Below are positions 36,989-47,361 of a DNA stretch of 64,000 nucleotides, piece by piece; the first letter of the stretch is position 1; every line of letters begins with the position of its first letter. The stretch lies in the IMG/VR virus record IMGVR_UViG_3300023257_000007, positions 248,001 through 312,000 of that record. One strand, given 5' to 3'. Position numbers and translations under genes: made by a program. Under the pieces are notes generated by a model that did no database searches, was not told the DNA's origin, and saw only the letters and a list, made by a program, of their open reading frames with translations.

Positions 36989-38374
36989 ATGATCAAGAAA
37001 TACAATGATTTTATTCAACCTATAAATGAATCAAGAGTTAAAACTTTTGGTTTTCCAAATGAAGTTAATAATGAATTAAGTAAGAATGATATTAAATCTT
37101 TGAAAGAAGTAAAATATGGTGGTAAAGGTAAAAAATTATTATCTCAGAAAATTATTAATATTGTTAATAATAAAGAATCTATTGTAATTGAAAATAAAAA
37201 GAATAATGAATATCTAATTCTTATACCTAAAAGTCAAGGGTTTACAATTTATTATTATAATGGTATTAGAATTCTACCACCACAAACATTAAAAACAAGT
37301 CCAGTAAATCAAGATATAACATTATTATTTAGTAGAATGTATGAAAAAGAAATCGTACAAATTCCTACACATACAAGCTTTATTAATCAATTCAATCCTA
37401 AATATGATCAGTTAAATGTTTATGCTACAAAGGATGTAAAGAACATTGAAACATTTGATTATGTTCAAGTAAAGATAGATAAAAATGTTGCAGACAAAGT
37501 TAATAGATTGACCAAGGGTATGGGTTTTGATATAAGAAGCAATCTAAGAGCAAAAATTTCATTCTTAGCTGATCCATTAAAATGGAAAAATAATCCATTA
37601 GATCCAAATACATTACTAACGGTTCAGAATAAAGTTTCATCTATAATATTATTAGATTATTTAGCTGAAATAAAAGATAATTTTGTTCCATCATCAAGTG
37701 GATTTTTATTCGAATCATTCATAGCAGGCCTTATTGGAGGACACGTAGTTGAAGACAATACCCAAGTTGATATTTACCTACCAGGTAAAGGACCTTATAA
37801 ATCTAAAAATTATCAATTAAAATTATATGATAGGGGTTCAATGTCTAATCTCAATGTTATAAAGAATAACACTACAAGTTTACAAAAAGTAATTAATGGT
37901 ATGCCTATAAGCCAACAAAATTTCATATTGATAGGGTTAAAAATAGATGAAAATATAGAAATGTATTTAGTACCTTTTAATGAAGAATTTGAACAATTAA
38001 TGGAAGATGAAGGATTTTTACCAAACCAACCTAAATTAACACCTACATTTTTAAGATCATTTAAAACAAAAAAAGCTTTTTCATCAAATATAACTGACAA
38101 TTTTCAAGAAAGGGGTATTGAATATCTTGGTACTTTAAGATTTGGTAATTTTACCAATAAAATAAATAGTGTTAAAAAAGATCTTGGGGATTCTCTTAAA
38201 GATGTCTGGGAATCAGTAAAGGCACTACATGATGAAATTGACACTTTAGTAACTGGTATAAGTGCTAAGAAAAGAAAAATATCAGATAAAACAAGGGTGT
38301 TAAAACAATCAAAAAAAGTTGATTCTAAAGTTAAAAAATTGTATAAAACAATTATTACAACAGAAGAAGAATAG
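36989..38374 (+). CDS. N-tag-like protein with a putative PD-(D/E)xK nuclease-like domain
   Basis: MIKKYNDFIQPINES; GFLFESFIAGL...QVDI...YQLKLY pattern. Confidence 0.45.
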   Translation: MIKKYNDFIQPINESRVKTFGFPNEVNNELSKNDIKSLKEVKYGGKGKKLLSQKIINIVNNKESIVIENKKNNEYLILIPKSQGFTIYYYNGIRILPPQTLKTSPVNQDITLLFSRMYEKEIVQIPTHTSFINQFNPKYDQLNVYATKDVKNIETFDYVQVKIDKNVADKVNRLTKGMGFDIRSNLRAKISFLADPLKWKNNPLDPNTLLTVQNKVSSIILLDYLAEIKDNFVPSSSGFLFESFIAGLIGGHVVEDNTQVDIYLPGKGPYKSKNYQLKLYDRGSMSNLNVIKNNTTSLQKVINGMPISQQNFILIGLKIDENIEMYLVPFNEEFEQLMEDEGFLPNQPKLTPTFLRSFKTKKAFSSNITDNFQERGIEYLGTLRFGNFTNKINSVKKDLGDSLKDVWESVKALHDEIDTLVTGISAKKRKISDKTRVLKQSKKVDSKVKKLYKTIITTEEE

Positions 38375-38382
38375 GTTCAATT

Positions 38383-38700
38383 TTATATAAACAACCCATA
38401 AACTTCTTCATAACATATAACATCATACTCTTTTATATATTGTCTAGTCTTTGCAACTAAACCAATACTCTTAATTATAAAAGTGTGCACATAATAATCT
38501 AAATTATCAATCTCCTCTTTTTTAGGATCACCGCCATTATAACCAACCGCATGTTTTACTAAATCAACTAATTCCTCTTCCCACTCTTCCCATGTCAGAT
38601 CATCTTCTTCATCTTTATCTATTCCAAAATACTCAAATACATTATCAGGTACTTCATCAAGATTATTTATTCTTTTTAACTTCTTTTTAAATATATTCAT
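38383..38700 (-). CDS. Hypothetical protein
   Basis: ORF track. Confidence 0.7.
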   Translation of the reverse strand: MNIFKKKLKRINNLDEVPDNVFEYFGIDKDEEDDLTWEEWEEELVDLVKHAVGYNGGDPKKEEIDNLDYYVHTFIIKSIGLVAKTRQYIKEYDVICYEEVYGLFI

Positions 38701-38712
38701 AATTTTCTTTAT

Positions 38713-39072
38713 TTACAACCAAAAGTCATCTAATTCTTCTTTTTCTACAATATATTCTTCTGGAACTTTTGTTATTACTTCTATATTTTTAATATCTACT
38801 TGAAGGTTTTCTGAATCTTTTAATTTCATGAACTCAGTTAGAAACTCATCTATTGTCAAGGTGGTAAAATCAAAATCAGAATTATGGGGTATGACAACAA
38901 ACTCAAATATATCACATCTTTCATCTGAATGATCTTGATTCCATTCCCAAAGTAAATAATTGAGGGATTCGACGTGTATATTGATAGATTCTTGGGGTTT
39001 AGAATTTATTTCAAGTATTCTAAACTCTTTATTCTTTATCTTTTTATATATTTGATTGAAATAGTTTTTCAT
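38713..39072 (-). CDS. Hypothetical protein
   Basis: ORF track. Confidence 0.7.
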   Translation of the reverse strand: MKNYFNQIYKKIKNKEFRILEINSKPQESINIHVESLNYLLWEWNQDHSDERCDIFEFVVIPHNSDFDFTTLTIDEFLTEFMKLKDSENLQVDIKNIEVITKVPEEYIVEKEELDDFWL

Positions 39073-39401
39073 TGTTTTATTCTATCTAATTTTAATTTTC
39101 TTTGTTTTCTAATATATTCTTTATTAAAACCTTCTTTTGAAATACAATTATATACCCACTCATCCAACTTCTCAATAACATTTTCATCAACATCTTGTCC
39201 CTGTACATCTAAATCTGTTAATTCAATAATACTATCACCAATATTTTTTATTAATTGTGAATAGTTATAATGGAAATGAAATGTTATTCCTTTTTTCATA
39301 AACCACAAATGAACATAATTCGTAACTTCTGGATGATCATTTAATTCAACTTTTATACAATATTCTTCTGAATATTTTTTACTTAATTCATTTACATTCA
39401 T
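39069..39401 (-). CDS. Hypothetical protein, C-tag B
   Basis: Ends RKQRKLKLDRIKQ. Confidence 0.8.
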   Translation of the reverse strand: MNVNELSKKYSEEYCIKVELNDHPEVTNYVHLWFMKKGITFHFHYNYSQLIKNIGDSIIELTDLDVQGQDVDENVIEKLDEWVYNCISKEGFNKEYIRKQRKLKLDRIKQ

Positions 39402-40216
39402 TATTCAAATCTTCTTTCTTTTTCCATTCTCCTTAAACATTCTAATGGGGTTTCATTATTTTTAATATTATAACCACATCCTAAAGTACCACCTTTCCAT
39501 GAGCCTGTTCTTTCTCCTACTTCACTACTAAATTCTATACTTATATCCTTACTAACCTTAGCAAATAACTTAGTCCATTTAAACCATCTTGGTCTCCATT
39601 CTCTTTCTTCAACTGTAATTGTAGCATTAACTTTTTGCACTGTTGTATTACTTTTAATTATAATAGAATCACCTATTTTTTGTTCTGATTTTCTTTTCAT
39701 AACATATTCATATGGATATGTTTCTATAAACACTAATTTAGGATCTTTCCATTTATTATCATAAAAAGATTTTCTATCTTTTTTTGTTTCGTGTTCCCAT
39801 GTGTCATCTCTTAATAATAAAGATGTTCTAATCCAATCATATTGCCAAGGCATATCAATTGTTTTCCATTTAGTACCCCCTTCAAAATTCCCTGCACCTC
39901 CAATATAAAACCATAAAGTATTACCATGATAGTTTATTCCCCATGAGGCACTATCACAATCTTGTATTCCTGTCTTAATAGGTAAATTGATATACATTTT
40001 ACCATAACCATAAAAAATTAAAGGCAATAAAAATAATGCATTTAATGTGAATATCAATAATATAGGTATTAACAACATAAAAAATAATTGTGTTGCACTA
40101 ATTATAATATTAGGTCTTTCATCAAAATAACCTGCCTTGTCTAACTGAAAACCAAAATTGAATAACTTGTATATTCTTACCCAGCCTTTATTTTCTGTTA
40201 AGTATTTTCTTTTCAT
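39401..40216 (-). CDS. Hypothetical protein with an N-terminal transmembrane segment
   Basis: LFFMLLIPILLIFTLNALFLLPLIFY; C-terminal VEEREWRPRW...GSWKGGTLGC. Confidence 0.75.
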   Translation of the reverse strand: MKRKYLTENKGWVRIYKLFNFGFQLDKAGYFDERPNIIISATQLFFMLLIPILLIFTLNALFLLPLIFYGYGKMYINLPIKTGIQDCDSASWGINYHGNTLWFYIGGAGNFEGGTKWKTIDMPWQYDWIRTSLLLRDDTWEHETKKDRKSFYDNKWKDPKLVFIETYPYEYVMKRKSEQKIGDSIIIKSNTTVQKVNATITVEEREWRPRWFKWTKLFAKVSKDISIEFSSEVGERTGSWKGGTLGCGYNIKNNETPLECLRRMEKERRFE

Positions 40217-40242
40217 ATATTTTCTTTTAATATTTTTATCAT

Positions 40243-40932
40243 TTAATATTTCATTTCTTCTATTGCATATGATGGTATAAAATCATATGTGTAAAATGCA
40301 TCAACACCTGGATATTTTGGATCAGTATATAATCTGAGTTGGTTTAATTTTTTCACATTTATTTTCAATATTAACGGTTTAAACGTATAATCTAAATCAA
40401 TTTTTTCTTCAATGAAATTATCAATATATTCTAAAGTATCAAAAAAATAAATCCTTTCTGGTTGATTTTCTAATGTATTTTTAGATTTTATAGTTAATCC
40501 ACTTTTCAATATTTTGTCTTTATGTTTTTGATCTGAAACATGATATAATACGGTTTTTATCCCTTTATCTTCAAAATCAAAATTCTTATTGATAATAATA
40601 GAAAGTTTATTATTATTAAAATAATCTTTTATAGTTAGATTTCCTTTAATGAATTTGTTATCATCTCCTTTATATTTTGATATATAATAACCAGATATAT
40701 TTAATAATGAATGTAAATCATCAAAAAATTCTTTTGTTTTAATATTTGTAAAATTTACAATAACACCATTATTGATTGATATATCATATAATATATGATA
40801 TTTTTTAAACAAATTTTCAATTTTCTGTTTTAATTTATCATAAGTAAAAGAATATATTAAACCCTCTACTATTAAAGTGTTTGGTATACCTTTTATATGA
40901 TCATAATTACGATACTCATTATAAGTTTTCAT
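40243..40932 (-). CDS. N-tagged putative ADP-ribosyltransferase-fold protein (Tpt1/KptA-like H-x-S core)
   Basis: MKTYNEY; LYHVS..KDKILKSGL..KS....ERIYF...DP.Y...FYT.D.IP. Confidence 0.55.
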   Translation of the reverse strand: MKTYNEYRNYDHIKGIPNTLIVEGLIYSFTYDKLKQKIENLFKKYHILYDISINNGVIVNFTNIKTKEFFDDLHSLLNISGYYISKYKGDDNKFIKGNLTIKDYFNNNKLSIIINKNFDFEDKGIKTVLYHVSDQKHKDKILKSGLTIKSKNTLENQPERIYFFDTLEYIDNFIEEKIDLDYTFKPLILKINVKKLNQLRLYTDPKYPGVDAFYTYDFIPSYAIEEMKY

Positions 40933-40995
40933 TTTTTAATCTATTTTTTTATTTTTCTATTCTCAATTTCAGTGATAGTCCACTTTTTGGGCAAT

Positions 40996-41730
40996 TTAAT
41001 ATAATTCATAATTTCCATTTTCTTCATCAATTATTGTTATTAAATTTTTAGGTATATTATCAACACAGTAAAATCCTTTATCTTCATAATTTGGATCTTC
41101 GAAAATATCAATGTTACTATTAGTTAAATCAATTTCGTAAATAATCCATTTATCATTAATTTTGGATTTTGATCTTTTTTTATAATTATATTCTAATTTC
41201 ATTCTTGGTATTAATGAATAACAATCATTTACATCTTTACATATATAAATTCTATCTAAATGTTTAGATAATTTTGATTTTGATTTTGGTATAAGTCCTT
41301 TATTTATTATCTTTTCTTTATATTCTTGAATAGATATGTGATAATATATGTCATTTGCAACTTTTTTATCATATTTAGCTTCATAAGTTATAGAAACTTG
41401 TTCTAAATATTCAGCATTTTCAATTAAATAATCTTCATTATATGACAATTCATTTTCATTTTCTGATAAATTGACTAAATACATTTTAGATGGGAACCAT
41501 CCATGTCTATCTATCATCAGAGAATCTAAATATTCTAAGGTAATTGGTATATTTTTAATAAATCTAAAACCATGTAAGTTAATAGTAATTGTATTATTCT
41601 GAGATTGTATTGAAAAATCATAATTTAATAAATTAAGTTCACTTTTAACATTTTTAATGGTTGAATTTAATTCATGTGTTTTAAGTGTTTCATTTAAAAT
41701 ATATTCTGAATATGTGTTAATCTTTTTCAT
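40996..41730 (-). CDS. N-tagged putative ADP-ribosyltransferase-fold protein; paralog of 40243-40932
   Basis: MKKINTYSEYILNE; YYHIS..KEKIINKGLIPKS....DRIYI...EDPNY...FY..DNIP. Confidence 0.55.
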   Translation of the reverse strand: MKKINTYSEYILNETLKTHELNSTIKNVKSELNLLNYDFSIQSQNNTITINLHGFRFIKNIPITLEYLDSLMIDRHGWFPSKMYLVNLSENENELSYNEDYLIENAEYLEQVSITYEAKYDKKVANDIYYHISIQEYKEKIINKGLIPKSKSKLSKHLDRIYICKDVNDCYSLIPRMKLEYNYKKRSKSKINDKWIIYEIDLTNSNIDIFEDPNYEDKGFYCVDNIPKNLITIIDEENGNYELY

Positions 41731-41733
41731 GTT

Positions 41734-42000
41734 TTATAATAATCCTAATTTTATTGAAGATATTTTTGAATCTAAATCTTTATCTAAAAAATAATTGAAT
41801 TTTTCACTGTTATTTATACTATCATAAACACATATCCATGCTTGTTCTTCACTTAGTCCAAACGGGACAGCAATTTCATGAAAACCTACGGTAAAAGATG
41901 ACCAATCTTCATATATTGGATTAAATTCAAACCTACTTTTATTAGTATTTTTAATACAATCATACATTTGTTTTAATCTATTATAATTATTCATATTCAT
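41734..42000 (-). CDS. Small hypothetical protein, C-tag A
   Basis: Ends SSIKLGLL. Confidence 0.8.
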   Translation of the reverse strand: MNMNNYNRLKQMYDCIKNTNKSRFEFNPIYEDWSSFTVGFHEIAVPFGLSEEQAWICVYDSINNSEKFNYFLDKDLDSKISSIKLGLL

Positions 42001-42003
42001 ATC

Positions 42004-42597
42004 TTACCAAATGTATAATCCTTTATCGTTAATAAAACCATCGCAATAAAGCATTTCTATATTATAATCAGGAAAAACTAATAATAAAAAGTTTTTATAT
42101 AATTTAATTTTAGATTTTAAAGTTGTATCACCAATAATATAGTATTTTGGAATATCTATTCTGTTTAAAATGTCACCAATTCTTAATAAAACTTCTCTTG
42201 TTTCATCTAATTTGGTTAATTCCTCATAAGATTCATCATATATAGAATTATCTTTTAACGTAAATGAAATACTCCAAATAAATTCAGAATCTATTTTCAT
42301 ATTATAATTAATCATTGGTATCAAATCAACCCTATATTCAGTATCAGAATCAGTTTTAAAAAATATTTGATAACCGTGGCCATTATTATAATTTGAGAAT
42401 TTATCTCCGAAAACATATTTACTTATACTAAATTTAGTGTTTGGATACAATTTGTCAAAAGATTCAAAAACTGATTCTCTAAATTTTTTGTAAGTGTAAA
42501 TTTTCAAAAATTTGTCTAATCTCTCACTATTATTCTCTTTAATGTAATTATTATAAGTAATATGTGAAACCATTATATTATCAACTTTAATTCCCAT
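42004..42597 (-). CDS. Hypothetical protein; paralog of 45434-46024
   Basis: Shared F.T....Y.V....I.FS......F/Y..LT...E..EV pattern; ITYNNYIKEN N-tag-like. Confidence 0.75.
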   Translation of the reverse strand: MGIKVDNIMVSHITYNNYIKENNSERLDKFLKIYTYKKFRESVFESFDKLYPNTKFSISKYVFGDKFSNYNNGHGYQIFFKTDSDTEYRVDLIPMINYNMKIDSEFIWSISFTLKDNSIYDESYEELTKLDETREVLLRIGDILNRIDIPKYYIIGDTTLKSKIKLYKNFLLLVFPDYNIEMLYCDGFINDKGLYIW

Positions 42598-42601
42598 AAT
42601 T

Positions 42602-42808
42602 CTAAAATTTTAAATCCAATATCCATGATGAATCATCTTTTAAGACTTCTAATGAAATTTCAATATATAACTCATTATCATTCATTTGGATTTCGTTTAA
42701 ATAGTAATCTACATATAAATCATCAAGTATTATATATTCTTTATTATTTAAACTACTAAACTCTTCAAATGGATCTAATGGTTCATAAAAAGAATTATAG
42801 GTTAACAT
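42602..42808 (-). CDS. Small N-tag-like hypothetical protein
   Basis: MLTYNSFYE... Confidence 0.5.
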   Translation of the reverse strand: MLTYNSFYEPLDPFEEFSSLNNKEYIILDDLYVDYYLNEIQMNDNELYIEISLEVLKDDSSWILDLKF

Positions 42809-42897
42809 TGTTTTTTCACCTGATGTTAAATTCTATTATAACTTTCTTTATTTCATTATACTTTTTCATTTTGTTATTTGTTTTTTAATTGTTTATA

Positions 42898-43092
42898 TTA
42901 GTAAAGTCCCATTTTATTTGCATTATAAAGGTCTGGATTTTCTTTTTTCCACCATTCCCAATAACCATCTAAATTATTATAAGGTAATTGGTTTGTATCA
43001 CAATATAATGCTTTTAATCCTTTAGGCAATTCTGGCAACACATTAAATTTATTGTTAATACAATTTAAATCTCGTAAATATTCTAATATCTT
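42898..43092 (-). pseudogene. 5'-truncated LRR remnant retaining the C-cap and C-tag A
   Basis: ...NVLPELPKGLKALYCDTNQLPYNNLDGYWEWWKKENPDLYNANKMGLY; no start codon, in-frame stops upstream. Confidence 0.8.
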
Positions 43093-43141
43093 TTACTATT
43101 AATTTTTAATTTTATGTTTTTGAATAATTTACGTATACACA

Positions 43142-45106
43142 TTATATCTCTTTTATTGTTGAAGGTGTTACATCTACGATATTACCAAATTTATCTTTAA
43201 TGCGAACCTTAGTTTTAAGTTGTTTAATAATTTTAACTTCCTTAGTAGTTATCTTCTTACTACGACCAGTATATTCATATACCTCACCAATTTTGAAAAG
43301 TTTACTATTTGTGTTGATATTTGCACCTATAGATTTTTCAATTTTAACAGGTTTTTTATTATAATATTCAGGTATAGATTCGTCTATAAACTTCCATTCT
43401 TCGTCTGTTATCTTAAAATGTTTTATTAGTTTTTCATCAGTCCACTCTTTTGTAAAATCTAACCAAGGAACAGATTCTAATTCTCCACCATGTAAAGTTT
43501 GACTAGTTTTAAATAAACTCAATGAAAATCTTGCAATTTTAGTCATTAAATAATTTCTGAAATTTTCACTCTCGATTTGAGTATCAAAACCATATTTTAA
43601 TTTGTATTTTGTGGTTTTCCCTATATGTTCAAAAGGTTTTCTAATTTGTAAAAATGTATAATAATCATCCTTGAGAAGTTTTTGATTATCTTTTTCAAAA
43701 ACGTGACCTCGAATTGGACTAAAACCAACTTCATATTTTTTATTATTTGTCGTTTTTGTCCCGTTATATATTCTTTTACATCTATCTCCCCAAAGATGAC
43801 CTTTTTTACAATGTTTTAAAATCTTCAACTTAATATTATTAAATATTTCCCCGTTACCATGCATATTTATTTTTCCAATTGAATCTACAAAATATTCTTC
43901 ATTTTTCATTTTATTTAATACTTTGATATTTGAAACTTTATCAGCTAAATAAGTTATTGAACATGGATAAAATAGACCAATATTAAAAATAGGATTACCA
44001 TTAAACAACGTTACTTTATTTAATCTCTCATAAACATGATCTCTAGTTTCTTTAAAAATTTTATTTTTACCTTTTTTATCAATTATCCAAATTGAAGGAT
44101 GAATATATAAAATTTTATCAGAAATATCATAACTTTTTGTTAAAAATTTTAAATCTATATTTTGTGTATATGGGGGATTACCCACAACAATATCAAATTT
44201 CTCAATTCCCCATTCTTTCATTTTATCATCAAATCCTTTTTCAAGAAAAGATCCGAAATGGTAATTCATGTTATATTTGTGTTCTCTATCAAATAAATTT
44301 AAATAAATAAACATATTCTTTGTACTAATATCACAAACATAAATCATATTCTCCATTATATGTTTATATCTTTTTTCAGCATTACTTTCCCAATCTTTTA
44401 AACCTTCCATAAGCCTTTGTACTATTACAACCGGGAAATTACCAATTCCATTGCAATTGTCAAGTATCTTAAAATCAGGGTTAGACCATGTTTCCTGTGG
44501 AAGTACGTCTAAGACCTCTGATACCAACGATCCGGGCGTAAAAACTTCACCAAATTCTTTCTTCTCAGCCACCGAAATACCAATATAACTATCAATTCTT
44601 TCAATTATTTTATTTAGCTCCGCCACTCTTTTTTCTAAGTCATTTTTGTCAGAATCTAATATCTTATTTAGTTCTGAATCATCCAATAAATTCTTATTTA
44701 GGAAATCATTCTTAACACAATGAATAAAAAAGTCCTCTATTGCTTTAAACTTCTCATTTATATATTGAATTTTAGAATTAGTTTTAAAAATTAAAAAACT
44801 ATTTACGAAAAGCTCTTTATCCTCTACGTTATCGAAAATATCCTCAATTCCACCTTTCATATCAATACCTAACAACGAAGAACACATAGATTTTCTCCAA
44901 GGTTTATTTTGAATAAAATCTTCCCAATTCTCTAATAAAAATACAATAGACTCCTTATATTCATCATTGTTTCTCAATGATAAAGAATCGTTAAATTTCT
45001 CAATAAGTTTAGGGTATATTTTATCATGTGATAACTTTACCTCATATTCATCACAAACATCAAATATATTCTGTATTTTGTTTTCTATTATGTCTTTTCT
45101 AATCAT
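43142..45106 (-). CDS. N6-adenine DNA methyltransferase (Eco57I/type IIG-like) with TRD and a C-terminal KOW-like tail
   Basis: FGEVFTP, ILDNCNGIGNF (motif I), FDIVVGNPPY (motif IV). Confidence 0.9.
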   Translation of the reverse strand: MIRKDIIENKIQNIFDVCDEYEVKLSHDKIYPKLIEKFNDSLSLRNNDEYKESIVFLLENWEDFIQNKPWRKSMCSSLLGIDMKGGIEDIFDNVEDKELFVNSFLIFKTNSKIQYINEKFKAIEDFFIHCVKNDFLNKNLLDDSELNKILDSDKNDLEKRVAELNKIIERIDSYIGISVAEKKEFGEVFTPGSLVSEVLDVLPQETWSNPDFKILDNCNGIGNFPVVIVQRLMEGLKDWESNAEKRYKHIMENMIYVCDISTKNMFIYLNLFDREHKYNMNYHFGSFLEKGFDDKMKEWGIEKFDIVVGNPPYTQNIDLKFLTKSYDISDKILYIHPSIWIIDKKGKNKIFKETRDHVYERLNKVTLFNGNPIFNIGLFYPCSITYLADKVSNIKVLNKMKNEEYFVDSIGKINMHGNGEIFNNIKLKILKHCKKGHLWGDRCKRIYNGTKTTNNKKYEVGFSPIRGHVFEKDNQKLLKDDYYTFLQIRKPFEHIGKTTKYKLKYGFDTQIESENFRNYLMTKIARFSLSLFKTSQTLHGGELESVPWLDFTKEWTDEKLIKHFKITDEEWKFIDESIPEYYNKKPVKIEKSIGANINTNSKLFKIGEVYEYTGRSKKITTKEVKIIKQLKTKVRIKDKFGNIVDVTPSTIKEI

Positions 45107-45267
45107 TTAATATGATTTTAAGGGGGGTGAGTAATTATTATTTATCTGTTAGAATTGGTGTTTTCTTTTTATTTTTTTGCCTTTTAACGAATTCTTCATG
45201 TTTTTTGTCAAAAATATAACCATTTTTTTCGATCTTTTTAATGATATGTTTTTCTGCATCATCTAAC

Positions 45268-45419
45268 ATCTTTTGTTTTCTTTCTTCTATCATAGTTTTT
45301 ATTTTCTTTTTATTATGATTTCATCATAAATTTATCCAACAATCTTTTGTTTTCTTTCTTCTATCATAGTTTTTATTTTCTTTTTATTATGATTTCATCA
45401 TAAATTTATCCAACAATCT
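45268..45419. repeat. Exact 74-bp tandem duplication
   Basis: Unit 45268-45341 repeated at 45342-45415, plus a 4-nt tail. Confidence 0.9.
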
Positions 45420-45433
45420 CGATCAACTCATTA

Positions 45434-46024
45434 TTATTTCATATTTTTAAGATGTAAAAAGCAGTTCTCATCTAACTTTATTTTTTTTATATTTTCATTT
45501 TGAATTTTTTCTTTTACTAAAAAATATGCTGTGCCTTTTTCATCATTTGAATCAGTATAAAAAGAAGAAGGTCCAGTAAGGACGGTAAATTCTTTAAAAT
45601 GTTTTCTATAATTGTTATAAAAATTAATTTTCTTATCACCTAACTCACCTACAGAATAAGTTGTATAATTATGTTTATTTATATAATTAAAAATTATATA
45701 TACAACTTTACCCATAACTTCTAAGTATTCTTTTTTGTTAGTTAATTTGTCAAAGTTTTCACCAAAACCTCTCTCACTAATAGAAAAGAATATTGTTGGT
45801 ATTTTATCTAATTCTGTATATTCAGATAAATATTTACCATTAGATAATTTCTCATCATCTTCTTCAGTTATCATAAAATAAACACTATATAAATTATTGT
45901 TTTTAGAAGTAAATTGTTTTTCTTCTACTTCTATATCTCGCAATTCCTTATAATTTGTAATATATTCTGTTTCTATTAAATTAAATTCAATTTCTTTTAT
46001 AAATTCATCATATTTAGTTTTCAT
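45434..46024 (-). CDS. N-tag-like hypothetical protein; paralog of 42004-42597
   Basis: MKTKYDEFIKE... Confidence 0.75.
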   Translation of the reverse strand: MKTKYDEFIKEIEFNLIETEYITNYKELRDIEVEEKQFTSKNNNLYSVYFMITEEDDEKLSNGKYLSEYTELDKIPTIFFSISERGFGENFDKLTNKKEYLEVMGKVVYIIFNYINKHNYTTYSVGELGDKKINFYNNYRKHFKEFTVLTGPSSFYTDSNDEKGTAYFLVKEKIQNENIKKIKLDENCFLHLKNMK

Positions 46025-46424
46025 CTATTATTTATTTTTAAATTCCAATTCTTTTCCTTTTAATTCTTGGCTTCGTTTTTTCAAATTTTTCAGAAAACGA
46101 TTAACACGGGGCAAGGAAAATGTTTCTCCAATAGATTCTTTACGTTTTGGTATAGTTTTCATAATATTTTATTTCCTTTTCTTTATATATTAATTGATTC
46201 TTTAGGTATGTTTTTCATTTTCATTTATCTTCTTTTTCTTCTGTAGAATTGTTGTTTGTTTTTAATTTTTCTGCCTTTTAACAAATTCTTCATGCTTTTC
46301 ATCAAAAATATAACCATCTTTTTTAATCTTTTCAAGAATATGTTCTTCAACATTATCTAACATTTTTTGTTTTCTTTCTTCTCTTGTCATAATTATGATT
46401 TTCTTTTTATTATTATATTTTTCT

Positions 46425-47333
46425 TTAATCTTTTATTTTATTTCTATAATCTTCATTAAAAGGTCTGTTACCATTCAAATCTTCGATAACTTCTTTAACA
46501 ATAAATCTAAATTTCTTTATGTGTTTTTCTGATTTTTTATTAAAATAAGATGCAAAATCATCATATAATGATTTAACATCATCTAGGTTACTAACATCTT
46601 TTATAAAAGATAATAACTTAGAATGTTTATTTAAATTAAACTGTTTAAACTTTTTAACTAAATCATTTGTAATCTTGATTAATCCTTCTAAATTAATTTC
46701 ACTTATATTATCTTCTATGAAATTATCAACATTAAAGTTATTTAACATTTCCATATATTTCCAATTTTGATGTTCTTTAAGTTTTTCAAATAAATCATCT
46801 TCATCATTAATATTTAATTCATATAAATAGTGATACACTTGAGATATTCTCGCATTCATTTCGGTATCTAGTGATAAATATAACAAATATATAAATTTAT
46901 AATAACTTTTATCCTTATCTATTTTTAGGTTAGAATAAATATTCCTAATTTTAATATAATGTGGTTTAATATCAACTCCTGTTTTCTCAATATTTTTTTG
47001 GATTTCGAAAAACTCTTTTATGTGTGTTAATTCATGTGATAAAATACCTTTGATTTTTATTAGATCGACATTATTTTTATCAATTTCAATTGTTATTAAT
47101 ATATCATGTAATTTATTTTTCTTAATAGATGAAAAACTTGGATCACACACTGAATGGTATCTATCTGTTAAAATATATTCTATTCGTAAGTCTATTAATG
47201 GAAAATTACCATAATCTAAATCTAATTGAAATTTATCATTTTTATTTTCAAACAATGATGTAATAAAGTCTGAATATTCCTTTATTTCATCGGAAATTCC
47301 TCTACCCTCAAGAAATGATTTAAAAGTTTTCAA
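46425..47333 (-). CDS. N-tagged putative zincin metallopeptidase
   Basis: MKTFKSFLEG; SHELTHIKE (HEXXH) with a downstream TEMNA glutamate. Confidence 0.65.
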   Translation of the reverse strand: MKTFKSFLEGRGISDEIKEYSDFITSLFENKNDKFQLDLDYGNFPLIDLRIEYILTDRYHSVCDPSFSSIKKNKLHDILITIEIDKNNVDLIKIKGILSHELTHIKEFFEIQKNIEKTGVDIKPHYIKIRNIYSNLKIDKDKSYYKFIYLLYLSLDTEMNARISQVYHYLYELNINDEDDLFEKLKEHQNWKYMEMLNNFNVDNFIEDNISEINLEGLIKITNDLVKKFKQFNLNKHSKLLSFIKDVSNLDDVKSLYDDFASYFNKKSEKHIKKFRFIVKEVIEDLNGNRPFNEDYRNKIKD

Positions 47334-47351
47334 AAATAATTCTTTTTCTTT

Positions 47352-47361
47352 TATATATTAA
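47352..47361 (-). promoter_or_regulatory. TTAATATATA promoter-like motif
   Basis: Exact motif 18 nt upstream of N-tagged 47333. Confidence 0.55.

Noticed and set aside
38383-38700. Ending EEVYGLFI as a C-tag A
   Set aside because: It lacks the conserved Lys and has the wrong spacing to the stop; too degenerate to count.
40970-40995. Possible terminator hairpin between the ART-like paralogs
   Set aside because: The stem is short and imperfect, with no convincing U-tract.
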